Origin: Trypanosoma brucei
Lineage: Eukaryota
Reading direction: 5' to 3'
Assembly: GCA_000002445.1 (NCBI GenBank)
Contig: CM000207.1
Location: forward strand, 1,472,001 to 1,536,000
DNA length: 64,000 bases
Below the pieces are notes generated by a model that was given only the letters and a program-made list of their open reading frames with translations, was not told the origin of the DNA and did no database searches. Position numbers and translations under genes: made by a program. Below, piece after piece: positions 11,663 through 23,540 of this stretch; the first letter of the stretch is position 1; the number at the start of each line of letters is the position of its first letter.

Positions 11663-14620
11663 TCAGCGCGATTGAAACTTACTTGCAGCCTCCCTCGGTG
11701 CAACGACAGGCCGCCTCCCAAAGACTTTGTTGTAGTTGTCCTCACGGTTGACAAGCTCAAGTTTATACATCTTCATATCCTCCAACGCCTTCTTCAGGTC
11801 CTGTTCCTTTTTCTTTGCCTCCTTCATGAGGCGGTTAATCATCTCCACATCTTCCTGACGCGACTCTCGGTACTCATAGCGGTGCCGAAGGTCATCAAAC
11901 GCCCTCTGCAACTCCCTTAACCTTGCATTGTGCCCGGTACGCTCTTCTTGCTGTTGCTGAATCAGGTCGTCAACAAACATCTTGTGTTTCATGCCCAGTT
12001 CATTCAAGATGTTCTCCGCTTGTTGTTCCAAATGTTGCATCTTCTCGTCATGATCATGCTGTTTCCGCCTGAGAATTTCATCAAACTCGGACTTTGCTGC
12101 CGCCAGCCTCTGGCGCTCCATTTTCAACTCCTCCGAGCACCTACCCAACTCGTTAGTAAGCCCGTCAATCCTTAACATCGCGTCACGAAGTTCCTCCTGT
12201 GTATTATTGTACTTTAGTCGCAGCGCAGAAAGAGATTCGTCTGCCCGTCGCTGCAAGTTGTCACGCTCCATCGCAGCCGAGGCTCGTAGGTTGTCAAGTT
12301 CTGCCTTCGCCTTCTGCTCGCAAGAATCCATTACGGCCTTGAGGGATTCCTGCAACCTTGTTTCCGCGTCCTGAATTGCTCGCTTCGCATCTTCTCTCAG
12401 CGTTGCAATGGTAGCCTCTAGATCCTGCACCTGCCTCTGAGCGTCGAGCGCATCCCGCTGACTGGTTGCAAAATTTCGGCGCAACTCCTGCAGTTCATTA
12501 GACATATTTCGATCGGATGCTTCCAGGCCTTCCTTCTCCGCGATAAGTTTTGCTATAAGGCCCTTCAGCGCTTGGATTTCTTCAAGCATGACGCTTCTTT
12601 GCTTATTTGCGTCACCGCGAATGCCGTCAAGCTGCTCTTTTAGCCGCCGGAGATCTTCTTCACGCTGCCGTAGTCGATCACCGCTCTCTTTGAGAGCACG
12701 ATGAACTGCCTCCTTCTCATCGGTATCGTTCTTTGCCCGATCTGCAATGTTTTTTATTACCGAATTGCAATGGGATGTGACTTGTTCAAGGCACATCACT
12801 TCCTTTTGGGAGAAGTGGTGCAGTTGCCCTTCGTGTAGTGTACTCAATAGTTTCAATTGCTGGGCGTACGCATTGTGGCATGCCTCTAACTCAGCTACTA
12901 ATCCTCTGTTGTTTGCGTTTCGCCCTTCTTCCAGTTTTTGTTCCCACTCCCTCGCAACTTCCTTGAGCCGGGATTCCGCCTCTTGCCTAATTTCGGCAAG
13001 CTGCGCCTCAAGAGCGGAGATCTTGCCATCGCGATCGGCACACACGGCTCTAACCCGCTGCTCCGCATCCGTCTCCAATTCCTGCAACCGCTGAGCGTAT
13101 CGAAGCGTTTCCTCCTCTAGATTCTGCGTTACCTCCTTCAGACACTTGTCGGTTTCCTCCAACCTCTCCCACGCTACCTTCAGTTCAGCCTCTAAAGAAG
13201 CAATAGTATCACGCAGCTTTTTCTCCAGTTCTTGCATTTCCGCCTCAGCACGACTAGCAGTAGATAGACTCTCCCGGATGCTGTTGATTTGCCGGTCGTG
13301 ATCCCGTTTCAGTTCTGCAACTTGCTTCTCGTGCTCCTTTTTCATTTTGTCCTTCTCAGCCTCGTGCAATCTGGCCATCTCCTCTTTCGCACAGCGGAAT
13401 TCGTCACTGGCCTCTTCGGCAGCCCTCGTTGCTGACGACTGATAGTCAGCCATACTTTTGGCATGACTCTTACGGAGTTGATCCAAATCCTCCAGATGCC
13501 GCTTCTCAAGCTCCTCAATACACCGCTGTAGGTCTGCACACTTCCCCCGTAGCTGAGCCTCGAACTGGCTGTGCTGGTTAGCTTCATCCTGGTTTAATTT
13601 CTCAATATCGTGGAGCTGGGTGCTAAGCGTTTCTAAGCGTTTTTCCAGCACACTTATCTGGTTTTGCAACTCTAAATTCTTTGTCGTAAGTTCGCTGTTG
13701 CGTGTCTCGAGCAAACTACGTTGATTTTCCAGATTAATAACAATAGAATCCTTCTTTGCAAGCTCCTGAAGTTTTTCAGCCAGAGTGTCATTGAGAGTCT
13801 CGCACTGCTTCTGTGAGTCACTCAGTCGATTTTCTAACGCTTTCACAATCTCGCGTAGTTTGGCCTCAGTCTCACGGTAGCTCCCGAGGGAACTCGCCTT
13901 TTCATTGAGGCAGTTACTAAGGGAGTCGCACTCCGCCTGCAATTTCTGCACACATGCCCGTGCCTTCTCACACTCTTCCTTCCACCGGGCCAATTCTGCC
14001 GCTGCCTTCGCATCAGAATCCTTTTGCTTCGCCTCCAGCTGTTTCAGTTCTTGTGCGTGTGCCCTTTCAGCCCCCTCTAGTTTGGACCGTAGATCGTTTA
14101 TCGTCTTCTCTAACTCATCTCTAGCGTTCATCTGCTCCGCCAACATCGCTTTGTACCGGTCATTGTATTCTCGGACAAGATTGGCGGTCTCAGCGTCCTT
14201 TGACTGGCACTTTTCAGCTATCGCCTTTTCTGCATCAGCCTTACAAGATGCCACCACGTCCTTCACTGCCGTTTCGAAACGAGCCTTGCTGGCCTTCAAA
14301 TCCTCCGTCATTGCAGATATCTTCCGTAAGTACTCCGCCTTCGCCGCTTCTAGGGATTCCTTGTATTGTCTCTGCGCGTTCTCTACAATGCCAATACGAT
14401 CCTGCTCTGCCGCACGAAAAGATTCCTTCACCTCCTCAACACGTTTGTTTGTGGCATCGTGCAACTGACGTATCTCATTATCGTGCCGCTCGCGGATATC
14501 ACTGAACCGTGTGTCGTTATCCTCATTTTGCAGGTTAAGGTGATAGATAACTTTCGTTAGTTGTGCTATTTTCTTGCACAACTTGTAATGCAAATCACCG
14601 TCCACTTGTTTGTTGCTCAT
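11663..14620 (-). CDS. Large coiled-coil protein (985 aa), hypothetical; cytoskeletal/flagellar type
   Basis: Continuous heptad-rich E/K/L/Q sequence with no enzymatic motif. Long uninterrupted ORF on the transcribed strand. Confidence 0.6.
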   Translation of the reverse strand: MSNKQVDGDLHYKLCKKIAQLTKVIYHLNLQNEDNDTRFSDIRERHDNEIRQLHDATNKRVEEVKESFRAAEQDRIGIVENAQRQYKESLEAAKAEYLRKISAMTEDLKASKARFETAVKDVVASCKADAEKAIAEKCQSKDAETANLVREYNDRYKAMLAEQMNARDELEKTINDLRSKLEGAERAHAQELKQLEAKQKDSDAKAAAELARWKEECEKARACVQKLQAECDSLSNCLNEKASSLGSYRETEAKLREIVKALENRLSDSQKQCETLNDTLAEKLQELAKKDSIVINLENQRSLLETRNSELTTKNLELQNQISVLEKRLETLSTQLHDIEKLNQDEANQHSQFEAQLRGKCADLQRCIEELEKRHLEDLDQLRKSHAKSMADYQSSATRAAEEASDEFRCAKEEMARLHEAEKDKMKKEHEKQVAELKRDHDRQINSIRESLSTASRAEAEMQELEKKLRDTIASLEAELKVAWERLEETDKCLKEVTQNLEEETLRYAQRLQELETDAEQRVRAVCADRDGKISALEAQLAEIRQEAESRLKEVAREWEQKLEEGRNANNRGLVAELEACHNAYAQQLKLLSTLHEGQLHHFSQKEVMCLEQVTSHCNSVIKNIADRAKNDTDEKEAVHRALKESGDRLRQREEDLRRLKEQLDGIRGDANKQRSVMLEEIQALKGLIAKLIAEKEGLEASDRNMSNELQELRRNFATSQRDALDAQRQVQDLEATIATLREDAKRAIQDAETRLQESLKAVMDSCEQKAKAELDNLRASAAMERDNLQRRADESLSALRLKYNNTQEELRDAMLRIDGLTNELGRCSEELKMERQRLAAAKSEFDEILRRKQHDHDEKMQHLEQQAENILNELGMKHKMFVDDLIQQQQEERTGHNARLRELQRAFDDLRHRYEYRESRQEDVEMINRLMKEAKKKEQDLKKALEDMKMYKLELVNREDNYNKVFGRRPVVAPREAASKFQSR

Positions 14621-15008
14621 CGTACGCCTTTTTGAACAGATTCAGTGGTGGTGACGTTGTTGTTATTAGCTGCATAGAAAAGGGATAGAAGTCATAAGAC
14701 AGTGTAAGCACAGAAGGAAGTAGTACAGTTCTGGCAGTCAAGGAGTAAATGTATACATGTGTATATAGCTCCATTTCAATTTGTCGTTCCTGTTCAGCAC
14801 AGAAGCACAATGAAACTCCTTACGACGCTCCACCTTGCATCAACTATTTTCTCCTCCCTTACGCCACACCCGCCGCATTCCTCGAATAAGCGAAAATATG
14901 CTTCAAGCTAACCGCGCTGAGCCAAGGAATTTCTTACAAATAACGCAGCCGATTAATATTTAACGTTAAAAATGTCGTGTGCCTGCAGAAACAAAGCACA
15001 CGTGCTGT

Positions 15009-15020
15009 GGGGGGGGGGGG
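15009..15020. repeat. G12 homopolymer (C12 on transcribed strand)
   Basis: Read directly, in the 1.1-kb intergenic region upstream of the coiled-coil gene. Confidence 0.9.
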
Positions 15021-15708
15021 AAATGAGCATGCTTCCTCATGCTTCGGTCAATGAACGGCATCCGTAAAGTTAGGGTTGTGCACCCACACTTCCGGAGACT
15101 AAAAAAGGGGGGAGTGCCATCTGTTTTTCTCCTCTGTTCCCTGTTTACCCCCTAACCAATTTCCCTCCTGCATCCACAGAACTTTCCTCTTGCAAAGTGG
15201 AACTCCTCGCCCGGTCGATGGGCTCCACAAGGAGGAGGTTCATGCACATAACTGCTTATAATTTAAACATTTTGTTTTGCTTAGTTCCCCGTCCTCGAAC
15301 ACATGTGCTTCCCTCACACTGATATCCCCCTCTTCTAAGTCAGTTTAACCATCTTTCTGTGCTTCTGCACCCGGAAGGGTTTTACACATATGTTTGTTTT
15401 TCTCGTACCTCTTTTGGTTTCCCACCCCGCTACCTCCCACTGACTTCCCCCCTTGCACATACACCAACCCTACCGGTTGCAGGGCCCACCGATAAATGAA
15501 TTATACACGGACGATGTGAACCACAACCACCGCAGTTGCCTGTAGTAGGGGGGATTGGTAATGAAAAATTGAAAAACGAATCACCAACGTAATCAAAAAA
15601 AAAAAGTTTCCTTCTCAAACACGACACGCCAATCGCTACTTCCTTTCCCATGTTTGCTCTTAAATTCCCTAACCTTTTCGTCCGCTGGGCAAAGACACAC
15701 CATAACTT

Positions 15709-16764
15709 TTAGGCAGTGAATACCACACCATGTTTCAAACCTCCTGAGTGAATGTCGTACAACGCATTGTACATACACATAAACTGGTTGAAACCACTGC
15801 GATCACCACCAAAGGGAACCTCCACAACCGCCTTCAACTGTGAAAATCCGAGCATGGCCGTGCTTACAGATCCTCCGCCAACGAACTGTTTCTTTGTGCC
15901 AAAGCTCAAAAGGCCCATCAAGCCGCTCTGCCCCTTCTTCGTGTATTCTAACTGCATCGCGAACTCGACGTCGCTGGCCCAGTCGCTACGCGTGAGCCCC
16001 ACCTTCCATTCACCTTTGGAGGGGGACCACTCCGCAGCCAGTGAACCCGTTTTCGAGGGATTTGTTATGCATCCCGCATATGACAGCGATGTTCCTTTAG
16101 TCAGCGCATCCCATGAAAGATTCGAGCCCAGGTAGAATCCCCTAATGAGACGCTGGGCATGACTCACTGAAAATGACTGATCCTTCACGTACTGTACCTG
16201 CGTACAGCCTCCTTGGACCCACGGATATTGAATCATACCGACCACGGTGCCTTGTGTCATCCCTTGTTGTCGTTGCGCCATGCACTGCGCGAAGAGCAGT
16301 GCTCCTGTTGAACTCACACGCTGGTACATCAAACTCCACCGACTGAGCGTATTATACGTCGCCACGACAATGTCGCTGAACCCGTTCATTTGTAGACTTA
16401 ACTCCCAGTTGGACATCTGTGGAGATACAAGCATTGTCTTGGTAGACATCATGACGTTCTGCGCATTGCGGGCAACGCTGATTGTGAGACCCTCCTGCGT
16501 CTCTGCTGCATTTCCATCAAGCAAAAGCCTTTGCAAGGGGCGGAGAAGCGTGTCATATGCAACCACTTTTCCTGGCGATGGTGGGCCCTCTTTGGCGCTA
16601 GCTGCCAGTTTCCTTCGAAAGGCATCCTCACGCTGTGCAATGATCTCCTCTTGTGAAGGCTCTAGTGAGGACTCGACATCGACACCCAGTGCGCCTCGCT
16701 TCACTGGTTCCGCTTGCGCAACGGGTTCTTCGCTCTGCTTTCCTCGAAGCCATTCCTTCAGCAT
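15709..16764 (-). CDS. ATOM40: Putative mitochondrial outer-membrane beta-barrel protein (ATOM40 / Tom40-VDAC-like)
   Basis: 351 aa. Hydrophilic N-terminus followed by a long run of alternating hydrophobic/polar segments typical of porin beta-strands, C-terminal …GGLKHGVVFTA. Identification rests on pattern plus remembered synteny, not on an alignment. Confidence 0.4.
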   Translation of the reverse strand: MLKEWLRGKQSEEPVAQAEPVKRGALGVDVESSLEPSQEEIIAQREDAFRRKLAASAKEGPPSPGKVVAYDTLLRPLQRLLLDGNAAETQEGLTISVARNAQNVMMSTKTMLVSPQMSNWELSLQMNGFSDIVVATYNTLSRWSLMYQRVSSTGALLFAQCMAQRQQGMTQGTVVGMIQYPWVQGGCTQVQYVKDQSFSVSHAQRLIRGFYLGSNLSWDALTKGTSLSYAGCITNPSKTGSLAAEWSPSKGEWKVGLTRSDWASDVEFAMQLEYTKKGQSGLMGLLSFGTKKQFVGGGSVSTAMLGFSQLKAVVEVPFGGDRSGFNQFMCMYNALYDIHSGGLKHGVVFTA

Positions 16765-17362
16765 CTTTTCAAAGGACAGAGGCTACGGTAATCTTTAGCG
16801 GTCACTCCAACCGTTATATGTACGCTTGCGTGTGAGATCCTTCCCCTACCGCGTCCGTCGGCACGACAAAAACGGGAGAAAGAGAGGAACAAACAACAGT
16901 AGTTAGTAGATGGGTTGTCGAAGCATAAAACAGAATTACTTTATCATCGGTTATTTTCCACACAACTGCCGAATAGCGGCAACCATCAATCAGTAAAGGG
17001 AGAAAGATGACAAGAAGGGGAGAGAAGGCACAGAAGTATTCCCGGCCACATCTCGATTACCCATGCACTCCAGAATGAAGATAAAAAGGGGAGGAGCAAA
17101 GATAGTAAAACAAAAATAAACTTTCAAACGTTAGCACCCCACAAAACGTGAAAAAAAAAATGAGCGCTTGTGACATGCACCGGTTCGTTTCTCGGCAGTT
17201 AGTTCTAAGATCATCCACACATGTCACTCCCCCTTTCTCTGTTTACGTTCAATCCCGCCCCCTCGCCTTCTCCCTTTCCCTCCACTAAACCCCCTTCATG
17301 GAGTCTTGGGGAACCTAGAGTTCACCACATGAATGTACGCGTACAAAAACATACGCGGCAAG

Positions 17363-18115
17363 CTAATCAGCCTCCGCAAGTAGAGTTAGCCACTCCTCCA
17401 CCTCCCTATCTGGAACCCGTGAGAAATGGTGGTCATCTGCTGTACACCTCCCAACCTCCACACCTGACGCCCTCAAAGACTCACCGAGTGCGCTCTGGAG
17501 TGCCGCAAGCGCAATCATTGCGGCTTCTTTCTGGGACAACGTGTGGAATGGTGCATTTTTCTGTTTCTTTTCAAGAAAGGCGCAGGCCTCAATTTGCTTT
17601 TTCCCCACGGCACATGCGTGGTAGCTGCCGCACCACCCCGCTGGGTCTACGCAGTAAATCTGTGGAATCCACGCACCATCCTCATCGTTTTGTTCCATGC
17701 CCACAAACGTCATGATGGTTCCCATCAGTCGCATGCCTGCTTGTTGCGTCCTCACCTGTGCCATGTCTGCCACTCGCTTTGCGAGGACGCTAACAGGCAT
17801 TGGCATGCCGTAGCGGTACTTGTACTCCGACGCCTCGTTACGTGCCTTCTGCACAAGCGCCTTTCCATCGGGAGCCCTCCCAGTTATGCATACACCAGTG
17901 TTATCGTTCACATTGTAGAGAGAGGTAATGGTTTCAGGTCGCATAAGCTTGTCCGGAACACTGTGCTGCGTGAAAACAAGCACAGCATCTTTGCAACGTA
18001 TGGCCACCGTTAGCAGCCCCGCGTAGGTAACTGCCTTGAAGGCATATTCGACTTGATAGAGGGACCCTTCCGGGCTGAAGACAGTAATGTACTTGTCAAA
18101 CCCAGCTCGGCTCAT
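17363..18115 (-). CDS. 20S proteasome alpha subunit, alpha-1 (PSMA6/SCL1 type)
   Basis: 250 aa. N-terminus FDKYITVFSPEGSLYQVEYAFKAV is the canonical alpha-subunit signature. PSMA6-like throughout. Confidence 0.85.
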   Translation of the reverse strand: MSRAGFDKYITVFSPEGSLYQVEYAFKAVTYAGLLTVAIRCKDAVLVFTQHSVPDKLMRPETITSLYNVNDNTGVCITGRAPDGKALVQKARNEASEYKYRYGMPMPVSVLAKRVADMAQVRTQQAGMRLMGTIMTFVGMEQNDEDGAWIPQIYCVDPAGWCGSYHACAVGKKQIEACAFLEKKQKNAPFHTLSQKEAAMIALAALQSALGESLRASGVEVGRCTADDHHFSRVPDREVEEWLTLLAEAD

Positions 18116-18804
18116 TGTGATCGTTACGGCAAATTGTCGACGACTGGAGAACTCAGCGCCGGGGCGATTTCGCTTTCGTTATGGATCACCCACTGTTTTT
18201 CCTTCCCTTCTCCTTCTGTACGGTTCAGAAAAAAGGGAGTGCTAGCACTTAAACCAACTGCTTACCTTTCTTTACCTCGCTGATTCTGTCCCGAGATATA
18301 AGAAACACGTGCGAGAGAGGAACGAACGTGGATAAAGAAGCGTATTAACGTTTTCTTTGACAAATGAATGGACAGTGCTTAACAAAAAAAAAGCGGTAAG
18401 GGGCGCGAGTGAAAAGTACTAGAACGGCCATTTAGGTAATGCACAACTCGACAAACTTCGCACATGACAAAAAACAAAGCAAAGAACACAAACGCAGCCC
18501 ACAATTTTGACACTAAGAGAAAGAGCAACCCGCACCCAAAGAATAAAACAAACACACGCCACGCATATGTGGGCAATTTGCCGGGATATACAAAAAACCT
18601 CCCCACTAACGACTCCACCAAAGATGAAGATTCACATCTACGACGAACATGGAGAAACACCTGCACAACCGAGTTGGCGTCTCCCACACCTGCTCGCTCA
18701 GCCACCCTCATCACCGCCAAGGAAACACCCTTCACATATGTTACACTGGGGTTCCTATTTCCCACTCTCCCGTCTGATTTGCACCCGTTTCCAGGTCATT
18801 CATG

Positions 18805-19590
18805 TCATTCATTACCTTCACCCTCATCGCCTCGCTCACTTTCCTCGTTTAATCTACCTCCGTCCTCTGAAGACGTTGGCGAGTACCGTATCATGGCTTC
18901 TCGCCCATTTGGAATGCCACTATCTGACGTCTCCTTGTTGAGTTGGGTCGTCGTTATATCGGACTGTCTCGGGATCTCCTCAAATCTACTGTTATAAACG
19001 AACTTTGCGCTGGGACAATCGAAGGTCCTTGAAACGGCGGATTTTTCGAATACCTGCTGTGAGTGTACCTCTGCAAAGTATTCAACACCGTTAGCCCTCT
19101 CTTGGCCACAGTAATGGGTAACGTGGTGAGAAGCTTGGACAATGCTTTCACAATAGAAACTAGTTTCCATCTTGCCGGACGAGACTGACTCGGCGAGCAC
19201 GTCCATACACCAGCCGCCATTTTTTTCCCGCTTATCAAGAGCAGTATCAAGCCAACGGCATATGTTGTTGATCTTAGCGAGCGTTCCGTTGACCATAGTC
19301 ACCTGAAAACCACGGTAGTCGTTGTACGTCACCGGTTTCACCGCGGGCACGGCGTAAGCAAGGCTCACTGAGTTGTCAGCGCCAGTGCTTTTCGGATCAC
19401 GACCATCTACAGTTCCTGAAGTGAGTGCCCCATCAACCCCACTTCGTGTGGCATTGAGACCCTTGCTCCTCCGCGAAGCTGTTGTGCCCACAGAAATCTG
19501 GCACCCCATCACCGGATATGTGGTGACGTGTGTTTTTTCGTAGAGGGACAAAGGGGTAGCAGCTAATATTAATATTAATAACTTAATCAT
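18805..19590 (-). CDS. Hypothetical secreted/ER protein with signal peptide (261 aa)
   Basis: N-terminal MIKLLILILAATPLSLY signal-like segment. Cys-containing middle domain, acidic C-terminal tail. No family recognised. Confidence 0.5.
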   Translation of the reverse strand: MIKLLILILAATPLSLYEKTHVTTYPVMGCQISVGTTASRRSKGLNATRSGVDGALTSGTVDGRDPKSTGADNSVSLAYAVPAVKPVTYNDYRGFQVTMVNGTLAKINNICRWLDTALDKREKNGGWCMDVLAESVSSGKMETSFYCESIVQASHHVTHYCGQERANGVEYFAEVHSQQVFEKSAVSRTFDCPSAKFVYNSRFEEIPRQSDITTTQLNKETSDSGIPNGREAMIRYSPTSSEDGGRLNEESERGDEGEGNE

Positions 19591-19826
19591 GACAAAAATG
19601 TGACAGAAAACATGTCAACAACGATAGAGGAGGGGGAAACGCCCAACACACAAAGCAGATTTTGTTCTGAAGACAGAGGATGGGGGAAAAAAAACCGCAT
19701 AGCCTGATGCAATCACATAACACATACGTGGGTGGCATCAGTTGCTAGGGCAAAAACAAAGCAACAGAAAATTTGTTAGTATGAGTCGACCGCGCGCATC
19801 CGTTGATTAGGTCTGTTGCGTGTTCA

Positions 19827-21209
19827 CTAGTGATGGTTGTTCCGGTAAAAACGAGAGAAAACGCGGTCCCCATGAGCCTGAATAGAGGTTTCCAGTGTCC
19901 GACGAAGCGGACCAGCTCGTGTTTCCATAGCATTTAATGCTACGTCTGGGCCGTTTGTGTGCATGTGCAGAGCTGCCCCGGGCGCATTCCCACCGCCTGC
20001 AGCCACGGTTTGTAGCTGTGAATTATCACTCGTCAACCACTTACCTGGAGACATGAAATCCTCGTAATGTTTTTCATACTTGTGTTGTGCTACCTTCAGC
20101 TTCTCCATCTCCACAAGATTCCTGTAGCCCGGTAGCGCATAAGAACCTACTGCAAGGACAGCATAGCGCATCTCGAAAACAGAGGCGCTCGGTTGTAGTA
20201 ATGACTCCTTGAAACGGATATACTCCTCGACACTGTATTCCGGCTTGAACCAATACGCTTGCCTGAGAACATGCACGTCCTGCCCGTAGTGCACCAATTC
20301 TCGAATAACGTGCTCACTTACTGAATCGGCGATGCGTTCCACGTGAAATCGAAACCGGTTGTGTATACCTGTCCTAAGATCTAGGCAACAAGCCGCAGCA
20401 CCCGTTCCTATATTTGGTGTATCTTCCTTCACTGGATGCAAAACATAGAAGCCCTCGACACTATAGTCCCCATGAGGTAATAAAACGATCTTATTTACCC
20501 CCAAATCGTACATATCCAGTACATCTTTGCAACTCCTTCCGTCTTCCACAGTCCAGTTATTGACAAATTTGTCTACGAGATCTTCCGTGGGTGTATCAAG
20601 CGGGATCTCCGCCGCAGAAAGGGTAAGTTCGTGTAAGGCGTCCAATACATCATCATCTCGTGTTGCCTCTAGGCTCGGGAGGGTGAAGTTCACCAAACAA
20701 AATGTTTCAGACGCATACGATTCCAAACCAACCAAACCAAAACTCCCCGCCGGAGGGTCGATGCATTTCCGTCTGCAGAGTTCATCTATAGCTATATTTA
20801 TGTCCATTTGCGCGTTCTGCATAGCCTTCACGGCTTCCCTAATGCTAACACCAAACCGCTCGCTGAGGTGATGTAATGTTGCAGGATTGACACACCGCAG
20901 TGGGTGGCACCCTTCAGGGAAGCACTCACCAAGCTCGCCTGAATAGACGTCCCGTGGCACTGGTTTGTAGAACGCCACACGGTTTCGCATGATGCCAAAC
21001 GAATCACCAGGTACGGTTACGTCTGTCTCATTGTCATCGGTTGGAGACCGATCACGAGAGCGGAGACTCGTCAAGAGCTCTCTCGGGGGCAACTCCTGGT
21101 CCAGGTAACGCTGCTCCTCAACCGACAGCGTCTCTCGGGTGGAGACAGAACGAACGCTAGTGAATACTGTCGGTGTGAAAGCACCCAGTGCGATGCGCCG
21201 GAGTCTCAT
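19827..21209 (-). CDS. Hypothetical protein, probable mitochondrial (460 aa)
   Basis: N-terminal MRLRRIALGAF… Arg-rich amphipathic presequence typical of trypanosomatid mitochondrial imports. No catalytic motif recognised. Confidence 0.5.
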   Translation of the reverse strand: MRLRRIALGAFTPTVFTSVRSVSTRETLSVEEQRYLDQELPPRELLTSLRSRDRSPTDDNETDVTVPGDSFGIMRNRVAFYKPVPRDVYSGELGECFPEGCHPLRCVNPATLHHLSERFGVSIREAVKAMQNAQMDINIAIDELCRRKCIDPPAGSFGLVGLESYASETFCLVNFTLPSLEATRDDDVLDALHELTLSAAEIPLDTPTEDLVDKFVNNWTVEDGRSCKDVLDMYDLGVNKIVLLPHGDYSVEGFYVLHPVKEDTPNIGTGAAACCLDLRTGIHNRFRFHVERIADSVSEHVIRELVHYGQDVHVLRQAYWFKPEYSVEEYIRFKESLLQPSASVFEMRYAVLAVGSYALPGYRNLVEMEKLKVAQHKYEKHYEDFMSPGKWLTSDNSQLQTVAAGGGNAPGAALHMHTNGPDVALNAMETRAGPLRRTLETSIQAHGDRVFSRFYRNNHH

Positions 21210-21499
21210 TTAGTGTGCCGTTTGGGCTATTCGCACGTAAACATCAAATAAGAAATACAGCAGCAAAACGGTCAAATACATGAAGCAAACTAAGGGTACC
21301 AACAATGTGACTGCAAGCACGGCCCTCCGTATATTGGGTAAAGGGTAGTTAGAGCACTTTCGCGCGTTAAAACAAGTTACACGCGATGGGGGAACTTGAA
21401 AAAAGAACATCAAGATTGCGGGGCACGCCCAAGCTCGCCACTCACCGGCAGCAGCTTATTCCCTTCACTACGCGGGCCGACAAGTTGACAACATGCAGA

Positions 21500-22507
21500 T
21501 CAGAAACCCTTGTACAACACTGATACGGTAGATTCCTCGATGTAGACTTCCCCGGTGGATTCATTTCTTACCAGGTCAAATGAAACAACAGCACAATTCT
21601 TTAGTTTTTTTGTCTTTGCCACATGGCGGGACGACGACGGCAAAAAGCGCTTAAAAAAACAACGGAAATATCCGCTGTGACCAACCACTATCACTTCTTT
21701 AAGTGCAGAGTTTCCGGACTCGGCACCGGAGGCAGGCACATAAGGATTGGATTTCACTCCTCCAAACAAATGTTGAACGAACTCATCCATCCGGTCATAA
21801 ACATTCCTTTTGGCAGTTCTGTTACCACCATTTAGGTGGGGGTCAAAGGCGGTACCCAACAGCTGGGGTGTGGCCAATTCCCCCATTTTACACGGAACAA
21901 TCTTTCCAGGCTCGGTGGAGAGGGATTGCGCATCGATATTCCGCGATCCCTCTTGGAGGGACGAGTCCACAACAATTCGTTCGCCCGTGGAAACGATACG
22001 AGGTTGCATGCCGACAAGCGCGGTTTCCATTGCCCGCCGTAGGTTGCTGCAAACAATGAGGGAACAGCTTGCGTCAAAACACACTTGGCCTTTCGCGGAG
22101 CGTACAAAACGGGCCAGCTCTTGTGCCTCTGACCTGCCCTTTTCACTTAAAGGAGAGTCAACGATAACAGAATCGAACGGGTTTGTAAAAAAATAAACGG
22201 CCTCGTTCACCATCGCCTTCACAGCGCGCACAGGCCAAGTTGCATCAAAGCTGTTGAAAAGCGAATTCCACACCGATTGACCGTGTCGGATGAAAACCAA
22301 CCGTATGACACGTTTGGAACCAGACTTTGAGTTAACTTGCACTTGCAAGCAGTTGCTCCCTCGAAATGCCGCCGGGAGGTCATTAGCTGTCGCCATGAAG
22401 AAGAAGCCCTCAAAGTAAGTCACCAATTTCATACGTAGAGCTTGCGCAGCCGGTGCAACTGCAATTGCCACCGCCACCAGCAGTGCAACCACCATCAGAT
22501 AAAACAT
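21500..22507 (-). CDS. Histidine phosphatase superfamily (phosphoglycerate-mutase-like) protein with signal peptide
   Basis: 335 aa. Hydrophobic N-terminus. RHG catalytic motif (LVFIRHGQSVWN) and second-His region (VVGHSGYF). Confidence 0.65.
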   Translation of the reverse strand: MFYLMVVALLVAVAIAVAPAAQALRMKLVTYFEGFFFMATANDLPAAFRGSNCLQVQVNSKSGSKRVIRLVFIRHGQSVWNSLFNSFDATWPVRAVKAMVNEAVYFFTNPFDSVIVDSPLSEKGRSEAQELARFVRSAKGQVCFDASCSLIVCSNLRRAMETALVGMQPRIVSTGERIVVDSSLQEGSRNIDAQSLSTEPGKIVPCKMGELATPQLLGTAFDPHLNGGNRTAKRNVYDRMDEFVQHLFGGVKSNPYVPASGAESGNSALKEVIVVGHSGYFRCFFKRFLPSSSRHVAKTKKLKNCAVVSFDLVRNESTGEVYIEESTVSVLYKGF

Positions 22508-22781
22508 TCGTAGTCGGGTTGCTTTGCCTCTGCTTGACTACTCGCTACGCTAAGTACAGATACATCACAGGAGTCACGATGTCGATAAAGACAATGCAGA
22601 TACAACGGAAGGAGCAGCAGCACTGAAATATACAAATGTAGGCAAACAAAGTACGGGCAAAGAAAAGAGGGAGATATTATCAGTTCAGCAACCGACACCA
22701 AATGGAACGAACCACACATCCACCGGCGGTTCAAGCCGCTTCCATGCAAGGGTCCTGTTTGCACACCGCAGATTTCCCATA

Positions 22782-23540
22782 TTACAGTGCAAATATCATA
22801 TCAGCATCGGACAGCTCCCTATACGCACGACTACGGCCATAAATCGCATCACAGACGGTAGACGCTACCACAGTTATGTCGTACTTACATAACTCAAGTT
22901 CCTTCAGTTTAACATCGGCTTTCTTCACATCCTCGTTACATACGAGATGGAGCTGAGAAGAACGCCGATAGCCCCGTCCACACATAGTTCCATGGGAGTA
23001 CAGCACATCGACTTGCACATTAGACACCGAAACATCCTTAGAACATGTGTATGTTGCCTCCGTATTATTTATAGGGGCACCGGAAGCGTTTAGGCGCTCC
23101 GGAATGGTGTGAATACCATCTCTGTATCGTAACCGCTTGGAGCCAATTTCATCAGCGAGGTGCCATCGGTGCTGGACGCCAAGAAAATTCTCATCCACAA
23201 TGACATTTCCATCCTTATGAAACTGTCGGATCCAACGGCCTGGACACACCTCGTATGTCCAGTAGCCAGTTTTCCATGAAATGCAGCCAGACTGCACTTC
23301 ACTCTCACTGCCACTAGGATTTGTACGAGAAAAAACCTCCACCTCGTACTCGCGGAGCCGCTGCGCCCATTCACATTCCTTCGCAGACACGATTTTTAGT
23401 AGTAAATATAGAGATGCTAAAGTTAAAGCCGCCCGTCCAGCCAACACCGGCTCTGCCATGTGCAAACGCTCCGCGCCCCCAGGGACGGCGGATGTCAATG
23501 TACTAGATAAACCACCCAAAGAGGATGGATGCGCAGGCAA
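22782..23540 (-). CDS. MRH-domain ER lectin, OS-9/Yos9-like (ERAD) candidate
   Basis: 252 aa. N-terminal TM/signal-anchor. MRH signature WTYEVCPGRWIRQFH… and conserved Cys pattern (…YSHGTMCGRGYRRSSQLHLVC…). Confidence 0.5.
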   Translation of the reverse strand: MPAHPSSLGGLSSTLTSAVPGGAERLHMAEPVLAGRAALTLASLYLLLKIVSAKECEWAQRLREYEVEVFSRTNPSGSESEVQSGCISWKTGYWTYEVCPGRWIRQFHKDGNVIVDENFLGVQHRWHLADEIGSKRLRYRDGIHTIPERLNASGAPINNTEATYTCSKDVSVSNVQVDVLYSHGTMCGRGYRRSSQLHLVCNEDVKKADVKLKELELCKYDITVVASTVCDAIYGRSRAYRELSDADMIFAL